This document shows, piece after piece, positions 39,498 to 51,462 of a DNA stretch of 64,000 nt. Every line of letters begins with the position of its first letter. Position 1 is the first letter of the stretch. The DNA comes from Schmidtea polychroa (Eukaryota): the NCBI GenBank assembly GCA_044892525.1, contig CM097886.1, positions 33,294,001-33,358,000 on the forward strand, in the 5' to 3' direction. A program made the translations under genes and the position numbers. The notes under the pieces were generated by a model that saw only the letters and a program-made list of their open reading frames with translations, searched no databases and had not been told where the DNA came from.

Positions 39498-39579
39498 ATT
39501 AGTTGTTATGAGATTACGGGATGTAATTATCAGAAAGGTTGACGGAAGACTTGGAATACGGCTCCAGAAAAAACCAGAG
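39498..39579 (+). CDS. Tandem-PDZ gene exon, start of PDZ2
   Basis: aatag|(R)LVVMRLRDVIIRKVDGRLGIRLQKKPE|gtagta; phase matches the exon ending at 29327; followed by a 50-nt intron. Confidence 0.85.
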
Positions 39580-39629
39580 GTAGTATAAAAAAGAATCAGT
39601 CACTTTATTTTGATAAAAAATTTCTTTAG

Positions 39630-39947
39630 GGTTTATTTTTGGCAATTGTGATCGCTGACAGCCCAGCTAGCCGAGCCGGATTAAAGGAGGGAGATGAATT
39701 ATTAAAAATTAATAACGAAATCGTATCAGATTGGTCACAAGAGAAAGTTACTCAATATCTTAGAGATATCAGTACAGATGATTCTGATCTCTTATTAATT
39801 GTAAGAGAATATTTACCCATGGCTCATATTCTGCCCGGAAACGGTCATTGTGATTCTGGATTAGATGAATTTAACGAGATTAGTACTGGAATCAGTGAAG
39901 TTCCTAATTGTTGTAATGCTGAGAAGAATTTTATTAACTTTACTTAA
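39630..39947 (+). CDS. Tandem-PDZ gene, probable last coding exon (PDZ2 core and tail)
   Basis: ttttag-type acceptor (ctttag|) then GLFLAIVIADSPASRAGLKEGDELLKINNEIVSDWSQEKVTQYLRD...*; resembles syntenin PDZ1 ([29 protein letters not shown]). Confidence 0.9.
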   Translation, partial: GLFLAIVIADSPASRAGLKEGDELLKINNEIVSDWSQEKVTQYLRDISTDDSDLLLIVREYLPMAHILPGNGHCDSGLDEFNEISTGISEVPNCCNAEKNFINFT

Positions 39948-42307
39948 CTGGTGCTTTGCTTGTAATTATACTAATAAATAGAAATTATGTTATTTTTTAG
40001 AAAAGCTAAAGATCTGAATTTTCATTTTTATCCAATTATCCAATTATTAGCATGCATAAAAACCGTTCTTTATATAAATGTACGCCTCTACGCCATGGTC
40101 AGTTAAAAAAAGTATCAAAACATAAAGATATCATTTATATGAGTTTGAAGATTATAAATCAGTAATATATCGATGTTTGTTGATACTCACGAATTTTCGG
40201 CACTGCCTTTTTCAAGTGAATTTCATCATTATTACATTAAATGATTATTGTTTGGGGATAATAAATTTATTTCGTATTTTATAATAAATTTATTGATAAA
40301 AGTGCTAGTCAGAGGCACTACAGTTTCTATAAAATTAATTTATATATATGTAATGTAAATTCCTCTGATTTCCCGTGCAATTGTTTGCCGGTTTCTAATG
40401 AAAAAGGACATTGTCAATTTATCTGGCCATATATTTCAGCATTTCGCAATAAATCTAACTATTTACATTGAGGTTTTAGAATCTCGAGTAAGGAGTTTTG
40501 TCTGTAATTCTAACGATATGAATCATCATAATAAATACATTGATCTACCTTATTTGACCCTTTGACCTAAAATGACTTACTTTCACAGTTACCGTGGTAA
40601 CTGTGCGGTTATCATCGCAATTAGTAGACATTTTAATTGCCCTACATAAAAAATTACCTATTCTTCTGGGAGGTGACCTGTATAAGATAGACTTACATCT
40701 ATATACAAAAATGTTTTTGTATTCTTGTTTATTAGTAGCTGAATTATTTAAATATTTTATTAATTGAGGATTTAGGCTGAGCTGATTCTTGGTGTACCTA
40801 ATTACAAGCAAACTCCTTAGCGGCACTTGTCCACTAAAGATCAATTGATTTATAGCATCATTCCAAGGAAATTGCAAAATCAGCTAAAACTTCAAATTTC
40901 TACTAAGGTCTACTGCATTACACTATCACCTTAAAGATGCACTCCCGATACAATAATATCAAAAATGAACTTAAAACATTGCTTTATAAACGAAATATTT
41001 ATGTCATTTTAATTTTTTTAGATATATATTTTTCATAAATATACAAATGTTTTATTTATTTAAATTTTATTATTAATTAGTAATTTTGCAATATTAAGCA
41101 CTTCAGGTAATTTGCTTCACAAGTCTGAAAACAGGAAATTAATTGAAATTCAATATTACTTTTCTTAACATCGTATTTTATCAATTTCAACAAATTATCA
41201 AAAACAATATTTGTAATTATCGTTTTTCAGAGAATTTCTTACCGTCTCAAAAAGAATTATGACTATGTCTAGGATCAAATGGCGAGATCATAAAATAAGT
41301 AAAATAAGTAAATATAGAAAAATGTATATTTGGAAAAATAATATAGTAANNNNNNNNNNNNNNNNNNNNNNNNNNNNNNNNNNNNNNNNNNNNNNNNNNN
41401 NNNNNNNNNNNNNNNNNNNNNNNNNNNNNNNNNNNNNNNNNNNNNNNNNNNNNNNNNNNNNNNNNNNNNNNNNNNNNNNNNNNNNNNNNNNNNNNNNNNN
41501 NNNNNNNNNNNNNNNNNNNNNNNNNNNNNNNNNNNNNNNNNNNNNNNNNNNNNNNNNNNNNNNNNNNNNNNNNNNNNNNNNNNNNNGTTGATGGAACTAA
41601 ATCTCGATCCAACTCCTCGTGTTCAGTAATTAAATGAATAAAATTTAAATGTCAACAAAATATTTATTTCCAAACTATTAAAATTAATTTTAACATTACA
41701 CAAATTGGGTAGATGTTTGGTGGTTATTATTCTGAAATCAAAACACAATGTTGTTTATTTCTTTTCTCTAAATTAATTCTCGGTTGTCTTATATTTAACA
41801 ATTTTTTTTCGACCAACTGGAGTTTTTTGTTTGTTGCTCTCTTTTTATAAAGGATTTTATTTCCTCATCTTAACTTGGTTGAAGAATTTATTGTCGATTA
41901 TCCTAATTACTGGAAACCAATTCTGACAACCAGTTTGTTATCCATCTATTAAAAGCTTGCTTTGAAACTTAATTAAATAATCAATGAATTAATTTTTGAG
42001 ATCCGAAACGTTCAATAGATCTCTAGTTAGTTTAACCTTATTTTATTCGTCATCAAAATCTCATTTGTCACCGATTACCACTCCCCACTCAAAAAATATT
42101 GATTTCTACATTTTCAAATATCAATTAATTTTAAATGATTATCATGATTCGTAAATGTTCTATATTTTATTTTGCATCTTTTACATAATTCCAACACTGC
42201 AAAATATTTATTATATTAAGGTTTTTTCATTTATTACACACTTAGTAGCAAAAGACTATATTGTTTAACATTTATTTTAACATTTATTCTACCAAGAAAT
42301 CATTTTA

Positions 42308-42341
<34 letters not shown>

Positions 42342-44179
42342 TTCGGTAAACATCTAAGATTATGTCGAATGAACAGAAATTTATAAGAAGTAATTATTTT
42401 TTATGACAACAAACGGAAACTTTAAAAGATATACATATTTTGACAGAAAATAAAGAAACACTTTTCAAGACATAATACATCAATAGTTTTAATACTTAGT
42501 TTGGGGGGGGGAAAGAACTTGGTATTTACATTTATCACGTGAGTGTTTTCATAGGTAAAATAGTTACTGAAAATTTGGATAAGTTCAATTAATTTATTTG
42601 ATATCAAAATTCACCACCCGAATAAATAATTTACACGACTTATTTCGACAGGTTCAATGTGATCATCATTTAAGAAAGAATTAATTAAATATATTTTTAA
42701 TTGCATATTAAGACTTATTCTAATTATATATAAACATATATTTATTATATAAACATATATTTAATTTTATTTGTTTAATAAATGGCAAAACAAAGTATTA
42801 ATATGTCACGCACCGTTGAATTTGTTTTACTGTTGCCAACATAATTGCATTATTCTAAATAATTTTAATTTTGGCATATATTCTATGATTTAATGTACGA
42901 AAATTCATCAATTATTGTTTATATAACTGATAAAAAACATTTATAAAAGACATTTAACATTCAACTGTTAACTAATTTGTCTGAAAATTGATGTTATAAT
43001 TTATTAAAATTAATTTTCGCTATTGTTTTCAACATTGATTTACAGTTTCATTTGTATTTCTTTTCTCTTTCAAGACAATTGTTCAATTCTTTGTTTGAAA
43101 TCCAACTCAATTATTTTGACTGTAGGTTTTCTTAAGAATATCAGTTGAATTGTTTTTCTATCTATCTTTAGGTACTTTTTATTTAACGATACAATACCCT
43201 ACAAATTACAATGTTTATATTTCAATAAACATAATTACACAAAATCTGAATCGGTTTATATTTTTCCAGTAAACTAAATAAATAACTGTTCTCCAAAAAT
43301 TATAAATTTTACTATGCTACAGCAGTTTTACAGTTCACAATTGTATCTGACAAACTCGTTGATTTTGTTTACCACTAGAAATGATTAATGTGTCAACAAT
43401 ATTGTAATTACTAATTATAATACTATTAAATGTCCTTTTAAGTACTAATTCGATGTATTCTTAATTTTTAAATAATTATCATATGAAATAATAATTAATT
43501 CTACATTTCAACTATATTTCTGCATTACATTTTGCAACTTTAAAATAAGTTTTTATTTTTTATGTACTTAAATATTTTCATTCTTTTTTAGTGTATTTTA
43601 TTGCCATTAACAAAATTATTGTTTGATACAAAAAATTAAAATTATTTCTTTAATTGTTAGATAATAAGGAGAAAATATTTAATTTTTGCTGATAAAAACT
43701 TTGGAAACATACAATAATATCATAAATATCAATGATGTTACAAGCATTAGAATCCCAGATATTTCAACCAGTGACGACAGAGAATAATAATGGGGACGAT
43801 GTGGGAGAGTTAGATTACATGACTATATTTGAATAAATCACAATTTGGAATGAAATTATATTTATTTAGAAAGTATGGACCTTAAAATAAGACCTAATTT
43901 GATTCTTTGTTCTAAATTTGAAATAACGCNNNNNNNNNNNNNNNNNNNNNNNNNNNNNNNNNNNNNNNNNNNNNNNNNNNNNNNNNNNNNNNNNNNNNNN
44001 NNNNNNNNNNNNNNNNNNNNNNNNNNNNNNNNNNNNNNNNNNNNNNNNNNNNNNNNNNNNTGAAATTTAAAATAAAAATTAAAATATAATCTCTAATTTT
44101 ATTTCAATAAATTAATTTTCTATAATAAAAATTACTTATAATAGTTTTCTCATATCTAAATATTTCTTGATAACATAAT

Positions 44180-44668
44180 TTAGTTTTTCGACAACTCGAA
44201 TTTTAAATAAATTTGATCATTTCGAAGGAATTCAGACGGATATCCGTTTTGGTTTTTCCTGAAAAGGTTTAGTGGAAATGCAGCTTTCAGTCCGCAACCT
44301 TTTTGATTTACATTCAAAATAGGTCGTTGCCAACAGGGTTCATTTTTCATGGTTTTCGGATCAATTGTGATCATATGATTGCCATTGGGTTTAGCTTGGT
44401 TGAGTAAAGTGATTTCAATTGAATTTTCAAATGGCCATTTCAGGAGTTTGTCATATTTTCCCGGTACAAGAATCACATAAATCCCTAAGTTTCCCGCTTC
44501 AAATTTGGCTTGTGCAGCTATTTTGTATCCATATGGCGACAACTTGAACACTTTAGTATTTAATATTTCTTTATAATCGTTGTAGATCATAGTTTTAACG
44601 TTGGAAATTGTCCAAATATAAAAGTTGTTGTCAGAATCAAACAATTCTTTGCGAAAATTAGTGTTCAT
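44180..44668 (-). CDS. TRAF-family MATH-domain protein, apparently MATH-only (162 aa)
   Basis: YIWTISN...F.LSPYGYK...LGIYVILVPGKYDKLLKWPF..SIEITLLNQ...CWQRP...FLRNDQIYLKF; GxYDxxLxWPF is the TRAF signature. Confidence 0.9.
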   Translation of the reverse strand: MNTNFRKELFDSDNNFYIWTISNVKTMIYNDYKEILNTKVFKLSPYGYKIAAQAKFEAGNLGIYVILVPGKYDKLLKWPFENSIEITLLNQAKPNGNHMITIDPKTMKNEPCWQRPILNVNQKGCGLKAAFPLNLFRKNQNGYPSEFLRNDQIYLKFELSKN

Positions 44669-46968
44669 TGTGAGTGAAACGTTATTTATTAGAAGTATTC
44701 AAATATTCAGCCTTTTTAAGTGAAACCTTTATTGAGATTTTATTACGGTTTAATGGGACATTAAATCACAGATTCATAAAATGCGTGAGCTGCAATACTT
44801 ACGTTGATAAATTGAACAGTTCAGTTAAAGTTTTTGATGAAAAAAATTATATAATTTATATTGAAGGCTTTAATTTTCTACTGACAAGATGAATAAAAAA
44901 TTAAAGATTTTTGTATTTTTATGAAGTTTAAAGCATTGATGATTAATAATGAATTATTTAACAAATAAAACAATTTAATTTATTTAGAAAGTTTAAACAA
45001 AATAAAAAAAAATTAATTTCCTAAATTATTTATCTAAATTCGCTTATGACAAAGGTTGAAAACTTTGAGTAAAAGTGTTTTAGGTAAATTGGATCTGTGT
45101 TACTTATTTTTGTTACAGAAAATGATATAGAAATTGGCAATCAAATGAAGATATATTAAATAGATTTTTTTTAACATTTTCAGAATTTTCAGGTGTATTT
45201 TTCGATTTTGAAATTTACAATGGTTATATTTTTGCCTCGATTTGCCCATTTGTCCAGGTAGCATGAGATGATAATGGAGAAGATATTTTACATTTCACCA
45301 ATATCGCAAAATTTCTTTTTTAATGGAATTAACAATAATATAACCTTTTTATTTTATTTTCAATGAGCTTGTATTTTTTTGTTTTTCATTGATATAAAAA
45401 AATGATCTTTTATTTTCGAATATCAAAAGAAAACCTATATTATATGAACGGTCGCAATCGCGTGGTCAACACTGAAAGAAAAATATAAGAAATTGTCATT
45501 CATAAGGCTGGAATTTGCAGCTCTGATAGGTTTGGATTACTTTGGAAAGTTTGAACATTTGAAAAATTGAAAGTTGTGAACGACCATATTAAATGCTTAA
45601 TTTTATAAGTATTTCACATTGATTTTATAAAATAAAATGATAGTATTTATCACTTTTATTCATTGAGCAACACATATTAATAAACAAATAAATTTTCTTT
45701 ACATTATAACATTATTAGAATAATAATTAAAAATTAATAAAAAGAATACATAGAAAATAGAAATACATAGAAATAGAAAAAAAGAAAATTGCATTTTTTT
45801 TGCTTATTTTTTTTCTAATTTCCGAAACTTGAAATGAACAATTAATTATTATAATAATCATTTATAAAGTTTCTCTTAAATTAAAATTATAATAAAATGT
45901 AGCGAAATAAATTAAAAATACGACATAATGTAATATTGTTAGTAATTTAATCAATTTAAAAGCAAGCACAATTTTATTGACTATTTTGTTCTCAGAGAAA
46001 ATTGCTTTCTAGATTGTGTGCTCCAATCGATATTATTATTATCCAAATTTTGTTTTAATTTTCAGCACAATTTTGGAATATATGTTTAGTGTGTAATGGA
46101 AAATAGAGGAAAAGTAATATTTATTTTTATATATTATTATATAAATATAATTTTTCTTTAAATATTATATTTGTTATAATGGGAAATGTATTTATATGAG
46201 TTATAAATTGTTATCGATTAAAAATAGAGATATGAAGGAATCTTTATTTATTATAAACTTTTATATTTAAACCAATATTATATTTAGTTATATTTGTTAA
46301 ATGTATTTATGTGATTTATAATTAATTATAACTATTTTTATATTTCAAAATTCTTTAAAATATATTTTTAATATATGGAAAATTAAATATAGTTCCTTTA
46401 TAGTTACGGTGATCATATTTCTTTTGGGAAAATAAAGTACATATCGAAGAAAAAAAATAATACCTTTTTAAATTCATAAGTTTATAACATTTATTACGAA
46501 AATAGCAATTAAATAAATGACTTGTGCTCACTGTATTTATAGTAAATTTCAAAAAAATCTTAATTTATTAAAATGTTTTTTTTCAATTTAAAGTTACAAT
46601 TTAGACTCTGAAATGATGTACATTAATATGAATATGATTATATGATATTCAACCTATATTCTCAAAAATATTATACTTGATAAAATGTCAAAAGTAAATA
46701 AAAATAAATTATTTCTTGAAACCTTTGAATTTTTAAATATGGGCTTTTATTTTTCCACCCATTTAATTTCCAAACACTTTTCTAACATATTTTTATCTCT
46801 ATCGTTTTTTTGTCTTTATTAAATAAAGTTTTTGTCTTTGATTTTATAAAATAAATTAGTTTTACAGATAGTTTTAACATTTGGTTTTATATTTATTTAT
46901 ATACTCCAAAATCGGTTTCCTCATTACTTTGAAAGAAGATATGGAGATGAATTTCATTATATTCCAAA

Positions 46969-47125
46969 ATGAAAAGATTACCAATTCATGTCTTTAGAAA
47001 TATTTTTATTATATAATTATTCAATTTTTAAATAATTAATTTTATTTCAGGTTAACAAATTAGTCAAAAAATTCAACAATAAGCCAATTATGAAGAAAGA
47101 ACCTCCTGGAAGTGTTAGAAAGCAG
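46969..47125 (+). CDS. Coiled-coil gene, putative exons 1-2 (46969-46989 MKRLPIH; 47051-47125 VNKLVKKFNNKPIMKKEPPGSVRKQ)
   Basis: GT-AG 61-nt intron; ttcag| acceptor and CAG|gtcgga donor; phase 0. Exon 1 is tentative. Confidence 0.5.
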
Positions 47126-47710
47126 GTCGGACTTATTTTGAATTAATTCATATCCCAAGACTATTTTTTGATTAAAAAAAAAGACAAATCTTTGTTAAGT
47201 ATGCTAAAGTCATTACAAAATCTGAAATGATTAGTACACAATGTAAAATTAAGACAAGAATAATCGAAACTAGAAAGACTATACAATAACAGAATAAATA
47301 TTGAAGAATAAAATAATAAAATATATAAAAATGGAAATTAAAGGAAAATAAATTGTCAATGAGTCCAATAATTAAGAAAATGGCTCGCACTATATAATGA
47401 GAGTGAAAAATAACATTTTTTACAATTTGTTTTAATTTTAAAATTTCTTATTCAAACTTAGAAAGTTAATTTATAATTGTGAAATTATATTTTACAATTT
47501 TTAAAATTTTTTATAAATCCTAGCTCTGTTTTCTTTTTATTGATATTTAATTTATTTTCATTATGACAAAAATTCAAAAATTAAATTTTAAAAAGAAAGA
47601 AACATTTGAAACACAGTGAAATGCAAAATTCTAATTATGTTTTTATTTCTTTTAAAATTAAAGAATTTTTTTTTTAAAGAATTTGATATTTGTAATTTGT
47701 CATATTAAAG

Positions 47711-47855
47711 TCGGCATTAAAACAACAAATCGACAAAACAGAAATAGAACAAGATGAAATTTCAGTGACAATTGATATTGGGGAAGATGAAAATCCGATT
47801 GAATCAAAACCGTTGGTGAAAACTCGTTCAAAAAAGAATATTCCTATAAAATCAG
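47711..47855 (+). CDS. Coiled-coil gene, putative exon 3 (SALKQQIDKTEIEQDEISVTIDIGEDENPIESKPLVKTRSKKNIPIKS)
   Basis: taaag| acceptor in phase 0; ends at TCAG|gcatga (GC donor, phase 1). Confidence 0.55.
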
Positions 47856-49544
47856 GCATGATATTATTTGTGTTTTTACGAAAATAACGTGATCTAAAAA
47901 TATTTTCAATTTTTCAACATTCATAATTTTCTAGTCGGTTTTTTTCAATGAGAAATAATGATTATTATTTTTCTCTTGTATATTTCTTGATTATATAATA
48001 TGTCTATTTGAATTTGGAGAGTTGAACGATAGGCTTAAACAGGGTTAAAAACGGGAAATTTAATTTGTCATAAATAATTTGACTCTAATTCGTGATTAAT
48101 TTCAGTAGTTGATTCAAAATGATTTGATGACAAACGCCGATGATCCATTTCTACAATAGACGTTCAAAAGTTGGCGAATCATTAGCGAATTTGTAACTTT
48201 ACTTGATATCCTAATTGCCAAGTTTTATTTGTGTTGTTACATAAAATATCTATTTCAATTTTGTTGTTTACAAAAAAAATATATTTAAATTAAAAAAAAT
48301 AACTAATTGAAGGCTCAAATAATCTTTACACAGATATTTATAATTTTGTTTTATGTATAAACTGGTGTAATACTCGTCTCGTTATATGGATATTCCGAGG
48401 CGTCTCCAGACTTCCAAATATAATTGGCAAAGACATGGAACCATAGACTCATGGTAAGTGACCATAAACATTTTGTGGTGCATTTTATATGGTACTAATA
48501 AAAAGAAATATTAGTATTAAATAAATGGGAAACAAACAGATAACAGAATTGTCAATATCATGTTACGACTTTATGAACATTACATCAAAGAGTTTTTAAA
48601 CTGGTCTTTTGAACATTAACAATATTAAGAATTCAAAATGTTAACACAAAGTTCTAAATTGAAAAATATAATACATAAGATTATTATTTTCTATGAAACA
48701 AAATACTTTACAATTAATGACAATTTTATAGTCGTTTGTTTCATTCCATGTAACATAACAGTAAAGTCAACAGTTTGTTGATTAAAACAAAAATGAAAAT
48801 AAATGACTATTTTAAAGTCATAATAAAATTTAGAATTTTAATATGTAAAAGGTATTTTAAATTTGGAGTGAGACATGAATATGATTCTATTAAATTCATA
48901 AAATTCATCAAAATCTGTTCATTTTTTTCAATTTTTTTTAAAAAGTAATTAATATTTTTATTATTATTATTTATTAATATATTTTTCAATCATTAATATT
49001 CTTTATTTCTTTTTAATAAAATAATAATTTATTGATAATTAAATATCTAAAAGCGTTCAAGAAAACTATTGCAACTTTTTCTAGAAACCTTAATATACAG
49101 ATAAAAGTAAATAAATTTTCAGTATTTTGCGCTACTCAAAATATAATTTTGTATACTTTAATGGGTTCATTTCACAAACAATTTTTAATATTTCAGAAAT
49201 TCATAACGTTGTGAGTTAAGGAAAAAAAGGAATGTATCAATTATATTTTCTATTTTTTAATGTGACAATAAAAACTACACCAAACACCACTAAGATAAGA
49301 AAACTCACCAATTTAATGAATTTTATTTTTCTATAAATTAATGTAGCCATTTTAGAAATGGCTTTCAGGTGAGATGTTATAAATTATTTTTTTAATTAAT
49401 TTTCAGGTTTTTTAGGAATTTTATGAAATAGAGTTTTGGCGGATCTTTGTGTGAGTATGGAGTTGTGTCTTTTAGACTTGTGTTGTAGAAATTTAGTGTG
49501 TTTTAGGAATTAGCTGTATGTGCTGAATGAAAAATTGTTATGTA

Positions 49545-50312
49545 CACCTAATTCCGAAAGTTAAAAGTTTCTATAATCTAAAGAAATCGATAAAATTATA
49601 ATATAGGAACACACAAACTTATCTGTGTGCAAATATTTATGTTCCGAAAGTTAAAAGTTTTATTATAGGAATTGAGAAAGTGACAGAAAAATAATTTTAC
49701 ATACAAACACAGCACACATATTATAAAATACACGTAAATTTAATATAGCATTTTTATTCCGAAAGTTAAAAGTAATTAACATATTGTTAACATATCATTA
49801 TTAAAATTAAAATTCATGGCAGAAAAAATTTTGGATTTTCAATCGGACAACTCTACTTTGAGTTTTCGATAAAAGGACGACAAAAAATCGTAAAATCTAT
49901 TTATAAAATATTTTTGAAGTTATTATTTCTTTAGATTTTTAAATATTTCTCTGGAAACGCTAGCTTTTTGCGAAGGTGAATAATTGACAATGTAAGAATT
50001 TTTTCATTTAATTACAAATAATTAAAATATTTTAAAGTATATCATATATTTCTTGTCAAACGACTTTGTGTGAAGGTAGCATTTCTAATATTCAACAAGG
50101 TCCATCGACATTTGCAGAAAAAAATTCGAAAATCGTTAATTTTTATAATTTGTATAAAAAAATAATATTTTCATAGAATTACATAAAATGACAAAATTAA
50201 TAAAATTGAATAAATGAAGTAGAAATGAAAATAATTCTCATAAATGGTGAGTCATCAACTGATGAACAAACCAGCGTGCATTATAGAGACTTTTAACTTT
50301 TGGAATTAGGTG
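49545..50312. mobile_element. TA-flanked MITE (Tc1/mariner-type), 768 bp, intronic
   Basis: TA|cacctaattccgaaagttaaaagtttctataat ... attatagagacttttaacttttggaattaggtg|TA (33-bp TIR, 2 mismatches). ttccgaaagttaaaagt is repeated internally at ~49642 and ~49757. Confidence 0.85.
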
Positions 50313-51462
50313 TATATAGTTCTGTGTCTGTGGTCTGATTGGAAATCTCTTTCTGGATTATTTTATGGTTCATCAAATTCAAGTTTCAATTTTGTTGGAA
50401 TCGAACTTTGATTTCCTTCAATTCATAAATTTTCGATTACTACTCGCATTTGCAAATAATTAAATTTATTCGTTGATCTTGTTTGAATTTTATTTTGATT
50501 AGCTAACTTTTGAATAAAGCATCTTACATTCATTTTTCATTCTCAACAGTGAATTGTTGAATCTCGAAATTATTTTGTGGGAATTTCAGCATTTGCAAAT
50601 ACTGTTTATTCTAGGATACAGAATTATGGATAAAGCAAAATCTTTGAATATTGTTGATTTGAATCCAGATATTCTTCCGAATTTTGATATCAATTCAAAA
50701 ATAACTTCGAAAAAGATGCACATTTAAAAAATCCCCTTTCGTTACAGAAAAAGTGATGTACGACAGTTGTTAAAAATTTTGGACTTAAAAAGATGAACTG
50801 ATTTTGATGCCAATGCATATAGCAGAAACTTCAGTGAAAAGAGAAAAGATAAAATCGATCAAGTGGGATATGAAAAGTTCTTTTGCTTCAAATTCCAATG
50901 GAAAAGTTCAATCTAATGAAAAGAAATCTATGAATTTAATGAATTTCAACTGAACTTATATAAAGAAATGCATTTCATAAAATATCCTAGCAAATCTTTA
51001 ACATGTTTTGAGAAGATTTTTTCTTAAAAAGAAATTAATTTTATTTTACGACAGACAATCAAACTGGGAAGTATTTTTAGTTTTTTAACGTTTTGTTAAA
51101 TGTTGTGGTAAATGTATCATAACTATTATTGTGAAATATTTGGTGAACATAATAGATTTTTTGACTAAAAATGTACGTTCTGGATATATTTCTCTGCTGT
51201 TCCATGATGAATTTATATAATATTCATGATACAAATCTAATTTGTAAAATAATGTTGGACATTATTTTGGTGAGATTTATACATTAATTTTTTAAACCCA
51301 ATTAAAGGGATAAAAAAAGACATCAAGATGTTTGAAAACTACTTATTTTATTAATATTTTCATTAATAATTTTGTTTTTTAATGTTTTTGATTCTAAAAT
51401 ATTATATTTTGAGTATTATTAACATTTGAACATATTCAATGAGTTTTCAATAATATAAATAG

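Noticed and set aside
41600-43200. Stop-riddled coding-like stretches on the minus strand
   Set aside because: No recognisable motif or termini; cannot be distinguished from old TE debris.
47674-47859. 61-aa minus-strand ORF
   Set aside because: Antisense shadow of coiled-coil gene exon 47711-47855.
48040-48470. Possible nested minus-strand exons (MSLWFHVFANYIWKSG...; MDHRRLSSNHFES...)
   Set aside because: No consistent splice phase and no homology recognised.
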